Made by a program: the position numbers and the translations under genes
Shown: positions 35,625-44,352 of the stretch, piece after piece
Layout: each line of letters begins with the position of its first letter
Position numbering within the stretch: the first letter of the stretch is position 1
Origin: an uncultured virus (IMG/VR IMGVR_UViG_3300047094_002559)
Taxonomy: Duplodnaviria > Heunggongvirae > Uroviricota > Caudoviricetes
Virus record (IMG/VR): IMGVR_UViG_3300047094_002559
DNA length: 64,000 nucleotides
Reading direction: 5' to 3' (one strand)
Notes under the pieces: model-generated
The model's database searches: none
Told to the model about the DNA's origin: nothing
The model's input: the letters and a program-made list of their open reading frames with translations, nothing else

Positions 35625-38092
35625 GCTGTCTTTGCTGTGAATCGCTGGAACCGGAACTCCCGGCGCACTTGAATGTTGTTTCCCTCGCCCTTTCTGGCCT
35701 TGCACAGGCAGAACAGCTGGTCATCGAGGAACATGCTGCGAGGCATGTCCGCCTTGCCGCGCTCTGCCGCCACGATGCCGGCCTTGTCGATCGTGTTGGT
35801 GACGCCGATCACGGCGACCATGTTCTTGCCGAGCCCCTTGCTGATGCCTATGTCGTTGATCGTCAGTATGCGCTTGAGCTGTGCATCGTTGACCGCCTGG
35901 GCCAGGAGCAGCGTCGGGATTCCGGAGCGGTCCGCAAACTTCACGCCGCTGTTGGCTGACTGCTCCCAGAGCATTGCCCGCTCCGAGGTGCCGCCGTGCT
36001 TGCCGCCCGGCGCGGCGTCCGCCACCGAGCCCAGCCAGTCCAGACACACCCAGGTCGGGTCGTGTCCCATCTTGGACTTGTAGATCATGCACTCCCGCTC
36101 CAGCAGCATCTGCAGGTTCATCCCGTCATCCGGGGAGACCTTGTGGATGCGCGTGCGCTCGAGGAACTTTGCCAGCACCTCGTCCACCTTCTTGATGCGA
36201 TACATGGACGCGGGGTTGCTCATGACCGCCTGCCGTATCTGCGCGACGTTCTCGCAGTCCTGCACGACGTTGATCGGGATACCGGCCGCGTTGGACACCG
36301 TGCGCACGGCATACTCACGCGGGTGCAGCTCCGTGGTCACAATCAACGGCCAGCCGTGGTTGTGGCTGGCCTCCCACCAGGCGCACTGCCCCGCGGCGAT
36401 CGAGTTGTGCGTAATGGAGAAATCACCCAGCAGGTAGCGACGATCCGGTCCTTCCACGCTGAAACCGTAGTAGTCACCTTCCCCTAGACTTTCCACGGAG
36501 AACCCATTGGTCAGCGGATTTTTGATCTGCCGCCTGGTCGGCGGCGTCACCCTTTTTACAGGCAACACCACGTCGCCGTAAGGCTGTATGAGCGCGCGCC
36601 AGCTGGTGCAGTCGACATCAAACCCACGCGTTACGCGAGGACTGGACACCGTGACCGAGTATCCCAGCGAACGACCCAGAAACGCCACAGCGTTCACTAG
36701 GTCTTCCTGCGTGTTTGAAAACTCCCAGCCGGACTTCGCGACGCACCCGTCGGAATCAAGCAACCCAGCCAGCAGTGCTGCCCTCTCGTCGATGGAGGCG
36801 ACCAGAAAATGAGCCGGAACATGCTTATTACGGATCAGTCCCAATTTGCGCAGAGCCGCCTTGAAACCGCCAGTGATGGAAATCTTTTCGCAACGATCCG
36901 GGTCGTCCGGACGGCGCACGCATGTCCACCCGGCGGATTCGACTATTTCCCGAAGCATCCGCTCGCATCCTGGCTTGCTGATTTCTGGGTGCCACTTGCA
37001 CCCGTCGCCTAACCAAAATCCCAGCAGGTAAGGTGGGATTTCCAACGGAGACGCCTGCTGCGGAAACACCACGATCCCGGCTTGCACCCACTTGGTGACA
37101 TGCCGAAACTTTTTGCTGCTCGCCAGATAGTCGTCCAGCGGGACATCAATCAGTGTTCCACTGCGCGCAGCTACGCCGCGAGAGGACCTCACCGTCCTCT
37201 TTCCTATGTTGGTGACAGCCAGAGTCAGCGTGTGGCTGCGGTTGACAACGACAGGTTCGGCCGACCGCAGAGGGGTGATCCGGAACATCTCTTCTCTTCC
37301 GCGGACAAGCTCGGTGACTTTTCTCGGGGTCGAGTCGGGTCCCATGAGCAGGTCGCCTACGACGACATCTTCGACTGCCTTAGTAATACCGTCATACATC
37401 AGTATTCGAGTCCCCTTGCTGTAGCACTTGCCGCCGCCTGTGCCCCCGAAGAGCAGGTAGCACTCGTTGGGGCCCCATCCGCCGTTCAGGCACTCGTCCA
37501 GCCCTGTGATGCCTGTGGGGCGCCTCAGCGTGCGTTCGAGGATCTGACTGCCGGCGAACGCCTGCATGGGGTCCTCCGCGCCTTCTGCGACCGCCTGGGC
37601 CGCGGCGGAGAGGGACCGCTGCATCTCGACGATCTGCCCGGGTACATCGGGAATCACGTCCCGCCGGAGCACCAACGCGGCTTTCTTCGCGCGGATGCTG
37701 CCATACCAGGCCTCGAAGTAGGGCCGGATGCAGTAGTGCTGCTCGCAGAACGATGGGTCCTGCAGTTCCTTGATTAACTTCACAGCGATCGCGACGATCT
37801 CGTCATCGGAGCTTTCCGTCTTCGCGGCGACCTCCAGGTAGGTGCGCAGGAACTCGTAGGTCGGCGGGCACGGCACCTGGTGCCCGATGACGTGCATGAT
37901 CTTCACGGCGCTGGTCAGGGCCGCCACGATCAGCGAGTGCTCTTCCCGCTCGAAGTCATCATCCGTCACCGGGACGCTGAGCATCGCTGCGCGCATCAGC
38001 GGATCGTGCATCATCGCGTGCAGCAGGTAGAACGCGTAGGTGTCGCGGTTGTCCGCGAGCCACTGCTTCATCTCATCTGTGATCTGGGCCAT
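35621..38092 (-). CDS. DnaB-like (SF4) replicative helicase containing an intein
   Basis: PTGITGLDECLNGG, GGTGGGK/S, VTTEL, CLDWL, LLAQ and KARKG motifs. Confidence 0.85.
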   Translation of the reverse strand: MAQITDEMKQWLADNRDTYAFYLLHAMMHDPLMRAAMLSVPVTDDDFEREEHSLIVAALTSAVKIMHVIGHQVPCPPTYEFLRTYLEVAAKTESSDDEIVAIAVKLIKELQDPSFCEQHYCIRPYFEAWYGSIRAKKAALVLRRDVIPDVPGQIVEMQRSLSAAAQAVAEGAEDPMQAFAGSQILERTLRRPTGITGLDECLNGGWGPNECYLLFGGTGGGKCYSKGTRILMYDGITKAVEDVVVGDLLMGPDSTPRKVTELVRGREEMFRITPLRSAEPVVVNRSHTLTLAVTNIGKRTVRSSRGVAARSGTLIDVPLDDYLASSKKFRHVTKWVQAGIVVFPQQASPLEIPPYLLGFWLGDGCKWHPEISKPGCERMLREIVESAGWTCVRRPDDPDRCEKISITGGFKAALRKLGLIRNKHVPAHFLVASIDERAALLAGLLDSDGCVAKSGWEFSNTQEDLVNAVAFLGRSLGYSVTVSSPRVTRGFDVDCTSWRALIQPYGDVVLPVKRVTPPTRRQIKNPLTNGFSVESLGEGDYYGFSVEGPDRRYLLGDFSITHNSIAAGQCAWWEASHNHGWPLIVTTELHPREYAVRTVSNAAGIPINVVQDCENVAQIRQAVMSNPASMYRIKKVDEVLAKFLERTRIHKVSPDDGMNLQMLLERECMIYKSKMGHDPTWVCLDWLGSVADAAPGGKHGGTSERAMLWEQSANSGVKFADRSGIPTLLLAQAVNDAQLKRILTINDIGISKGLGKNMVAVIGVTNTIDKAGIVAAERGKADMPRSMFLDDQLFCLCKARKGEGNNIQVRREFRFQRFTAKTA
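36404..37426 (-). mobile_element. Intein (341 aa) with a LAGLIDADG homing endonuclease, in the helicase P-loop
   Basis: GGGK|CYSKGT...YLLGFWLGDG...LLAGLLDSDG...YYGFSV...ITHN|S. Confidence 0.95.
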
Positions 38093-38094
38093 GT

Positions 38095-38295
38095 TTACGC
38101 AGCCTCCTTGATGTAGTCCGAGGCCATCTTCTCACTCACTCCGCAGAGGACGGGCGTTTGATACGCTGGCGAGCCGACGGTCTCATACACCGTGTAGGTT
38201 TTGAGCAGCACGACTTTGGTGTTCGACCATTTCTTCGTGACGGGACACTGCTCCGCTTCGTAGGTTCTGTCCCGCTCGTAGGTGAGCCTCTTCAT
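38095..38295 (-). CDS. Hypothetical protein (66 aa)
   Basis: ATGA overlap; MKRLTYERD... Confidence 0.6.
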   Translation of the reverse strand: MKRLTYERDRTYEAEQCPVTKKWSNTKVVLLKTYTVYETVGSPAYQTPVLCGVSEKMASDYIKEAA

Positions 38296-38909
38296 TTGGG
38301 TTGGTTCTTTCGTTTGTTGAATTGTGCAGCCACACGTTCGTAGAGCACCCCGCGGTGCGCCAGCCACTTGGTCACGCGGCGGTCGGCCGACATCATCGCC
38401 AGGAGTTCCTGTGCCATGTAGAACATCGACTCCATGTCCATCCGGTGAACCGCGATGAGGTAGCGCACCTCGACCGGGTAGGACGTGGCGGTGGTGACGT
38501 CGGTCACGCCGGCCCGCTCCAGCTCCTGCCGCATCCGGGTGAACTCGAAGTCGCGACGCTCCAGGAACAGCTTGGCGCTGCGCTTGTCCACCACGACCTC
38601 GTAGGGCACCTGCAGGTAGTTGCTGAGCGCCTTGGTGAGATACTTCGACGAGAACAGCATGTTCGGCATGGGGCCGTCCGGATGCTTGTTGAACTTCGCC
38701 CAGTCGAATATCGCCTCCATCAGGATGTCCGGCTGCACGTCCCAGTCGTGCACGACGCTCGCCATCTTCTCGATACGAGGCAGCATCAGCGAGCGTAGGC
38801 GCCGTTCGTCCAGCTTGCCGTGATGCCCGGCGTCCTCGAGCAGCTTGGCCTTCTGGTAGATGTAGTTGTCGAGGAGCCGCGTGACGAGGGTTGGGTCAAT
38901 GTCCGGCAT
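38292..38909 (-). CDS. Hypothetical protein (MPDIDPTL...)
   Basis: ORF with typical codon usage. Confidence 0.75.
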   Translation of the reverse strand: MPDIDPTLVTRLLDNYIYQKAKLLEDAGHHGKLDERRLRSLMLPRIEKMASVVHDWDVQPDILMEAIFDWAKFNKHPDGPMPNMLFSSKYLTKALSNYLQVPYEVVVDKRSAKLFLERRDFEFTRMRQELERAGVTDVTTATSYPVEVRYLIAVHRMDMESMFYMAQELLAMMSADRRVTKWLAHRGVLYERVAAQFNKRKNQPK

Positions 38910-39105
38910 TCTTGGTCTTCTGTTTGGACCTGGTGACTTGTCCAATGTTTGCGCGGTCGAACTTTATGCGACGTTTGGCGCCGTTCGGAAACACTCCGTG
39001 GACTTCGAAGCGCTCGATGCGCCACTCTGGATCGTCGAAAGTTTCACGAATTCTGTCCAATGTCCGTTCGATGGTCCTGCAGTCTTTTTGTGGGTCTTCT
39101 TTCAT
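38896..39105 (-). CDS. Hypothetical protein (69 aa)
   Basis: Short ORF in a tightly packed operon. Confidence 0.6.
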   Translation of the reverse strand: MKEDPQKDCRTIERTLDRIRETFDDPEWRIERFEVHGVFPNGAKRRIKFDRANIGQVTRSKQKTKNAGH

Positions 39106-39323
39106 GGTGGTGTCGTGGATGTTGATTTACCGCGTCGACGCTCAGCTTCGGGTGCGTGCTCAAGGCACGGCCAGACATTTCCGCAGTCACCGCAGCGTCC
39201 AGTCTGTGGGCACCGGATCTTCGGATGATGCGCCCCGCTGCGATGAAAGCCGCACTCGCAACAGGCAACCTCTTCACGGTGTCACTGTCGACCCACGAGC
39301 CGGTCGTAAGTCCTGTTGCTCAT
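39102..39323 (-). pseudogene. Cys/His-rich small gene interrupted by an in-frame TGA at 39282-39284
   Basis: MSNRTYDRLVGRQ*HREEVACCECGFH...HPKIRCP...CGDCGNVWPC; ATGA overlaps at both ends. Confidence 0.6.
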
Positions 39324-40129
39324 GCTGCGCCGACCAGACCCAGCAGGTCCGGTCGGAGTTTGTTGGCCCTCGGCGGAATGTGCCACTTGACTGGAATTCC
39401 CAGCTCCTGCGCCAGCTGCCTGGTCAACCCGGGGAATTCGGTGTCCTTCTCCTTGCATTCAGCGAACTGCGCCCATCCCGCGGCCCATCCGTCAGCGCCA
39501 TCAAGTATCGGCATGGCCACCGTGAACGCAGGCTCGTAGAACGTGCGACCCAGGCGCGCGTTGAAGTGAATCAGCACGTAGCAGTCCACGTTGAACCGGC
39601 TGCGCTTGAGCATGTGTCGCAACTGCTTCTGCTTGATCTTGTCGTTCTGGATGCGGAAGGACGGCTGGCTGCAGACCTTGGCCTCGATGATGAACTGCCG
39701 TCCGCTGGAGCGCACGCCTTCGAAGTCCGGCAGGCTCGGCACCGGCAGCCAGGCGTCGTCCACCATGCTGACCATCGTGCCGTAGCGACCCATCGTCAGG
39801 CTGCCGTCCTTCTCGAGCCGCTTGGCCTCGTTCATCAGCAGCTCCTCCAGCTCCTTGCCGTTCCCGCCCAGGTGGCGCGGCGGCGAGTATGGGTCACGCG
39901 AGGCGACGGTGTCGTGGATGAACTGCAGCACATCGCCGACGTCGGCCTCGGCTTCGAGCAGCAACCCGGATGGTAAACTGCTCTGGATGACGTCGTCCCC
40001 GTAGGCAACGAACGTCAGGTGGCCGCAGCGGAGTGTGTCCAGTTCGTAGTGGAACCGCGCGTCGGACCTCCACAGCAGCTCCGCCGCCTTTTCGAACAGG
40101 CTTTTCTTGGGAGCCGCAGGCTTAGCCAC
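39320..40129 (-). CDS. RecU-like Holliday junction resolvase (PD-(D/E)xK) with an N-terminal extension
   Basis: GKELEE, PDFEG, FIIEAK, QKQL and VLIHF motifs; GTG start at 40129. Confidence 0.75.
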   Translation of the reverse strand: MAKPAAPKKSLFEKAAELLWRSDARFHYELDTLRCGHLTFVAYGDDVIQSSLPSGLLLEAEADVGDVLQFIHDTVASRDPYSPPRHLGGNGKELEELLMNEAKRLEKDGSLTMGRYGTMVSMVDDAWLPVPSLPDFEGVRSSGRQFIIEAKVCSQPSFRIQNDKIKQKQLRHMLKRSRFNVDCYVLIHFNARLGRTFYEPAFTVAMPILDGADGWAAGWAQFAECKEKDTEFPGLTRQLAQELGIPVKWHIPPRANKLRPDLLGLVGAA

Positions 40130-40337
40130 GGGGCGCCTCCTCCTGCGTGAACGCTGCAATGCGCTCACCGAGCACGACCGAATACTGGTCCATGATCTTC
40201 GACTGCCGTATGAGGCGTTCCTGTTCTTCCGCTGGCAGCGTCGGAAAGACGTCTCCACGTCCGAACGCATTCAGCTTTTCGAGCTTTTCATCCAGATCTT
40301 GTTTTTCTGTCACGACTCTCTGTTGATGTGGTTTCAT
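40122..40337 (-). CDS. crAss001_48-like small coiled-coil phage protein
   Basis: PHQQRVVTEKQDLDEKLEKL..F...EQERL.RQ..IM..YS.VLGERIAAF pattern. Confidence 0.7.
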   Translation of the reverse strand: MKPHQQRVVTEKQDLDEKLEKLNAFGRGDVFPTLPAEEQERLIRQSKIMDQYSVVLGERIAAFTQEEAPRG

Positions 40338-40348
40338 GTGTTGTGTGA

Positions 40349-41851
40349 TTAAATGGTTGTAACCGCTGTTTGCTCGTAAGCCCCCAGCACGATTTCTCGC
40401 GCGCGTTCAGACGTCGCCACGAACTCGATGTCGTAGCCGATCTCCTCGTATGCTTTGTGCCGCGCCCAGCACTCCCCGATGATGCCGGAGTACGGAGGGT
40501 TGCTGCGCGTCTCCTGCTCCGCGTCGCGGCACTCGAACATGAAGTCGACCATCACGCCGTAATTCTTGCCGGGGCGGCACTGCAGCAGCCGGCCCGGCTT
40601 CTGAATCGCCGTCGTGTTCGCCCCGCCGCCGGCCAGATTCACCACCACCTTCAGGTCCGGAAAAGTCAGCCCCTGCACGTAGATGTTGCTCGCGAGCACG
40701 CGGATGATCGAGCCGTCGGCAATCCTGCGTGTGACGCTGTCGCGCTCTTTGTCCGTCATGCGTTTGGCCATGGCGATGGTGCCCCACGGCGGCATGGCGT
40801 GCTCAAGGTAGAACTCGGCTTGCTTCTCGTCGCGGATGAACGCCATGGTCTGCCAGTCCTGCGGAATCACCTCGTCCACGATCTTCTTCACCAGCGCCGC
40901 GGTGCGGGAGGATTCAGTCAGCAGCCGCTGATACACCACCGCGCGGTCCACCATGCGCCCCGGCACCGTGTCCTTGCTGAACGGGATCTTCACGAAGATG
41001 ACCTTCAGCGGCGCAATGGCGCCCCAGGCGACGGCCTCGCGGTAGGTGACGTTCGATATCACCGGCCCGATGATCCCCTCGATCAGACGGTCCTTCTTGT
41101 CGAACCGGCCTTTCAGCGTGGCGCCGAACCCATACTTCCGGGCACGGACGAACGCGGTCACCTTGGGCATGCGCTCATCCGACACCACTGCGTGCGGCTC
41201 GTCGATGATCAGCAGCTCGGTCGCGTCCGGATCCATCTTGTCCAGCGAGTCGACGGAGCAGATCGTGATGTCGTCCGACTGCTTGGAGTTGCGGCTGCCG
41301 GTGTAGACTCCTTTGATCTCGCGCCCAGGAATGGCATCCTTGAAGTGCGCGAAGAGCTGCTTGCACAAGTCCACGCCGGGGGCGGTGATCACCGTCATCG
41401 CCTTCGGGAACGCTTTGCAGATGGCGGACATTCCAAAACTCTTCCCAAATCTGGTTGGAGCGCCGATCAAGCCGGAGTCGCCGCACATCAGAGCGTCCAT
41501 GATCCAGCGCTTCTGGAACCCGCGCAGCCCTGGCAGGGCTGTCAGGAAGTTCGGATGGTCCAGCACCTTTGGGCGCACATCCTGCACGACCACCGTGTGT
41601 CCCAGCTCGACGAGATGCTGCCGTAAAACTTTCCAGAAGCCCTGATGGCTGAGCAGCGCCGCCCGCCCATCCACGGAGGTCATGTTGAACATCGGCTCCG
41701 TGATTGTCTCGAACCTCGTGCGACCGCGATCGAAAATCATCTCGCGGTATTGCAGGGTCAGGAATTCCCGCACGAGCGGATGGTCTGGCAGCACAGTCAG
41801 GCCGCCTTCGTCCCTGGCTATGACGAAATGGGTAGATTCATTCTTCTTCAC
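40349..41851 (-). CDS. SF2 DExH helicase (UvsW/XPB-like)
   Basis: LRGFQ, APTRFGKS, IIDEPH, GAT, QGLTFP and QKPGR. Confidence 0.88.
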   Translation of the reverse strand: MKKNESTHFVIARDEGGLTVLPDHPLVREFLTLQYREMIFDRGRTRFETITEPMFNMTSVDGRAALLSHQGFWKVLRQHLVELGHTVVVQDVRPKVLDHPNFLTALPGLRGFQKRWIMDALMCGDSGLIGAPTRFGKSFGMSAICKAFPKAMTVITAPGVDLCKQLFAHFKDAIPGREIKGVYTGSRNSKQSDDITICSVDSLDKMDPDATELLIIDEPHAVVSDERMPKVTAFVRARKYGFGATLKGRFDKKDRLIEGIIGPVISNVTYREAVAWGAIAPLKVIFVKIPFSKDTVPGRMVDRAVVYQRLLTESSRTAALVKKIVDEVIPQDWQTMAFIRDEKQAEFYLEHAMPPWGTIAMAKRMTDKERDSVTRRIADGSIIRVLASNIYVQGLTFPDLKVVVNLAGGGANTTAIQKPGRLLQCRPGKNYGVMVDFMFECRDAEQETRSNPPYSGIIGECWARHKAYEEIGYDIEFVATSERAREIVLGAYEQTAVTTI

Positions 41852-42437
41852 TTAGGTTTGCAAATTGTTCATCGGCCTGCGCCGGCGACTCCAGCGGCAG
41901 ATCGCCGCTGGGTTCTTTTTCGTCCACAGAGCGCAGCTCGAACCGTCCGTAATCACGCGCGTGTCCCCACTCGGATATCCCAAGATGCGCGCCGATATGC
42001 AGCAGCATCTCGTCGAACTCTTGCTCATCTGGCGCCCGGGTGAATCGTCCTCCGCCGTCGGTGTTCGGAGGGATGTGCTTGGACAGGGTGAACTGCACGT
42101 CGAGCGTCTGCCCGGTGGACAGCGACTCGAACTTTTCCGTCAGCATCTGTCCCGCGCGCTTGAACTTTCGGTTGTAGGCCGACGTGCGCTTCACCGAATA
42201 CCAGCGGCAGGGGATGATGGCACTCACAGCCACGTCACTCAGGTGCAGCGCGTCGCGGGCCTCCAGGAACGCCCACTCCCATCGCGGCATGTCCATGTAG
42301 ATGTAGCAGCGATCTGGATCGCACCCCTGCGGAGGCTTCAGCACGCGGTTGAACACCCGCTTCGGGTCTTTGCGGTCGTTGTTGTGTTTCGCCGCGAGCA
42401 GCGGAGTGAGGAGACGAAGACGTCGGTTAATCAGCAT
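41838..42437 (-). CDS. Solitary RAMP-like (Cas7/Csm3/Csf2-like) protein
   Basis: N-terminal strand RLRLLTPLLA; E-x-L-x-x-G-x-x-L-x-V-x-F-x-L strand; C-terminal G-rich loop IGAHLGISEWGHARDYGRFEL. Confidence 0.55.
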   Translation of the reverse strand: MLINRRLRLLTPLLAAKHNNDRKDPKRVFNRVLKPPQGCDPDRCYIYMDMPRWEWAFLEARDALHLSDVAVSAIIPCRWYSVKRTSAYNRKFKRAGQMLTEKFESLSTGQTLDVQFTLSKHIPPNTDGGGRFTRAPDEQEFDEMLLHIGAHLGISEWGHARDYGRFELRSVDEKEPSGDLPLESPAQADEQFANLSEEE

Positions 42438-42479
42438 GGTGGCAATCGTTGAGCAACTGGCGCAATCTGGCAAGGCCCA

Positions 42480-42541
42480 TGTAGGCGTTCTGTGGGCGTA
42501 ACATTTTAACCGCCTGGACTTTGTAGGCGTCCTGTAGGCGT
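42480..42541. promoter_or_regulatory. Four TGTRGGCGT direct repeats in two 11-bp-spaced pairs (operator-like)
   Basis: Copies start at 42480, 42491, 42522 and 42533, upstream of the RAMP-like gene. Confidence 0.6.
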
Positions 42542-42544
42542 GCT

Positions 42545-42587
42545 AGGTAAACAACGAGAAGCGGCGGCCCCTTTCGGAGCCGCCGCT
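42545..42587 (-). terminator. Hairpin + TTTACCT terminator-like element
   Basis: AGCGGCGGC/GCCGCCGCT stem, then TCTCGTTGTTTACCT. Confidence 0.7.
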
Positions 42588-42589
42588 GG

Positions 42590-42898
42590 CTAGTTCGGAA
42601 TTCGTTCTGCGTCCCGCATCCGCTGCTGAGCGCAACGCTTGTCCCACGCGACGCGGTCGTAATAGACATCGATCATGTCGACGGACAAACGCGGGTCCAC
42701 TATGAATGGCAGACCACACAGAGCATTGAAGAACATGTCGGCGCGCGACAGCAGGTCGTGCTCCAACCTCAGAATGTCTTCCGCCTGCGGGCTGATCGCT
42801 ATCCCGACCGGCGATACCGCGGGACGCTCAGCCGCAAGCATCGCGGCGAGCGCGCCACCAAAGTCAGGCCCGGGGCTCGTGGTGAATGTCCCTGTCAT
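42590..42898 (-). CDS. Hypothetical protein (MTGTFTTS...)
   Basis: ATG at 42898 overlapping the upstream stop. Confidence 0.6.
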   Translation of the reverse strand: MTGTFTTSPGPDFGGALAAMLAAERPAVSPVGIAISPQAEDILRLEHDLLSRADMFFNALCGLPFIVDPRLSVDMIDVYYDRVAWDKRCAQQRMRDAERIPN

Positions 42899-43347
42899 GG
42901 CAGCGCCTTCGTGGTGGAAGATGTCGGAAGCGCGAGCCCGGCAAATCCGCGTTCCTTCAGCGTCTCGTAGAGCGTCGCTCCCGACGCATCCTGCGCATAC
43001 GGCAAGAAGACCTGCTCGAGTTCCGCCAGCCCGGCGCTCACCAGCGCCAACTGCGCGGCGAGCCAGTCTTTCACGATGCGCCACGCAACGCGCGCGGCCT
43101 GCTCGTGTGTCTTCAGTTTGGGAGTGACGTTCTGCCGCACAAGCACCTGATATATCCTCGGCACGTTTGATGGCAAACGAAAACTCATCAGTCCCGCCGC
43201 CGTCTGAATCCGGAAGCTCAGAGCGACCAGCACGCCGTCGGTATACTCGGTCATCACAGCCTGCGCCTTGGCCTTCGCGAGCATAGCCTGGATCTCCGTC
43301 ACCGTTTTCTCCGCAGCAATCTGTGTATTATAATTCAGGATGGGCAT
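42895..43347 (-). CDS. Phage hypothetical protein (150 aa)
   Basis: NYNTQI..EKTVTEIQ.ML...EQAARVAWRIVKDWL.AQLA...VFLPY, a pattern I recognise as common in phages. Confidence 0.75.
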   Translation of the reverse strand: MPILNYNTQIAAEKTVTEIQAMLAKAKAQAVMTEYTDGVLVALSFRIQTAAGLMSFRLPSNVPRIYQVLVRQNVTPKLKTHEQAARVAWRIVKDWLAAQLALVSAGLAELEQVFLPYAQDASGATLYETLKERGFAGLALPTSSTTKALP

Positions 43348-43386
43348 ACGTCTCCTTCGCCGTTCGCCGCGTCGAATTTTTCCTGC

Positions 43387-43707
43387 TCATCGTCGTCCAA
43401 CACCCCCTCCGGCGTCGGCTGCGTCGTCGAGGTCGTAGTTCTGCGCCTTCCTGCCTTCGAGCAGTATCAGCGCGAAATCCCGGTTATTGAGTCCGGTGAA
43501 TTTCCACTCCGCGAGTTCTTCCTTTGTGACCGGGATTGGCTCGCCGTCTTCTATCCACGTCACTTTTTCGAGCGGCACACTTTCCACGGTTGCGAGGTAT
43601 GCCATCACTCTCCGAAGGTCTTTCATTTCCACGCGAAGCCCCGGCGCAGAACCCGGCGCTGCGCTAGAACGCGCCTCCTGTGTGCTATTTTCGGTTTCGG
43701 TTTTCAT
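43387..43707 (-). CDS. Cassette-like hypothetical protein (106 aa)
   Basis: Coding core bounded by the inverted repeat GTTCTGCGCC/GGCGCAGAAC. Confidence 0.65.
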   Translation of the reverse strand: MKTETENSTQEARSSAAPGSAPGLRVEMKDLRRVMAYLATVESVPLEKVTWIEDGEPIPVTKEELAEWKFTGLNNRDFALILLEGRKAQNYDLDDAADAGGGVGRR

Positions 43708-43767
43708 AGAGTTTTCAGTGTTTTCGATGCGCTATCACGGCGCGTCTGTGAGCTTTGCGGTGGGCGA
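43643..43767 (-). repeat. attC-like imperfect inverted repeat enclosing the start codon of the next gene
   Basis: CGCCCACCGCAAAGCTCACAGACGCGCC...GGCGCGTTCTAGCGCAGCGCCGGGTTCTGC; the arms pair with extrahelical bases. Confidence 0.5.
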
Positions 43768-44352
43768 ACTTCCTTCGTGCGAGCGACGCGCAGCTTCCCA
43801 CCCCGCCAAGAATACCTCTTGGTGAGTTAGTCGGGGCCACACTCCGCGCTTGTCGCACCATTGCAGGAACGCCCATTCCGGCCCCTCCTCCCACTCCTTG
43901 TTCGCCCGGCGCTTCTCGTCGTCGCCCACCACGCTAGTGCAGCGAACGGCGGTCTCAGGTTGTTTGTCGTTTTCAGTGTTCATAAAGGTTGTTTCTTCTC
44001 CGCGCGCGCCGGCCCTGCAGAACGCATCTGCAGGGCCGGCGTAGATGTCGTCCCCGTGTAGAGCCACCGTCACCGTCGCGTCGGCGAACATCTTGGTCAG
44101 CCACTCTGCAAGGGGCAGCGCCGGACCCTCGCACCAGGCGTCATGGATCAACCCGGCGATCAACGGGACCATGTGGTAGCGCCAAGGGTAGTCCCAATCT
44201 TCTCCCTCCGCGTGGATGATGGCGTCGCCGGGTTCGGTGATCGCATCGGCCAGCTCACCGCATAGGCCGTCCCAGTCTTCCACGGTTTCGCCGCGCGCAT
44301 CCAAGAACGCCGTCGCCAGATTGGGAATTTCCTTGGAAGCGGGGTCAGACAT
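43735..44352 (-). CDS. Hypothetical protein; probably an in-frame fusion with an internal cassette gene starting at 43983 (MNTEND...)
   Basis: ATG 44352 (MSDPASK); an internal A-rich leader plus ATG at 43983. Confidence 0.6.
   Translation of the reverse strand: MSDPASKEIPNLATAFLDARGETVEDWDGLCGELADAITEPGDAIIHAEGEDWDYPWRYHMVPLIAGLIHDAWCEGPALPLAEWLTKMFADATVTVALHGDDIYAGPADAFCRAGARGEETTFMNTENDKQPETAVRCTSVVGDDEKRRANKEWEEGPEWAFLQWCDKRGVWPRLTHQEVFLAGWEAARRSHEGSSPTAKLTDAP

Noticed and set aside
39282..39284. Genome-wide TGA or TAG recoding
   Set aside because: Long conserved genes are intact in the standard code, and both TGA and TAG end many genes.
40122..40337. Calling the 71-aa protein an anti-CBASS or anti-Thoeris sponge
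   Set aside because: It fits the crAss001_48-like pattern but I cannot match it to a characterised sponge sequence by eye.
42437..42590. CRISPR mini-array beside the RAMP-like gene
   Set aside because: The repeats are only 9 bp with 2-bp and 22-bp gaps, which is not repeat-spacer geometry.
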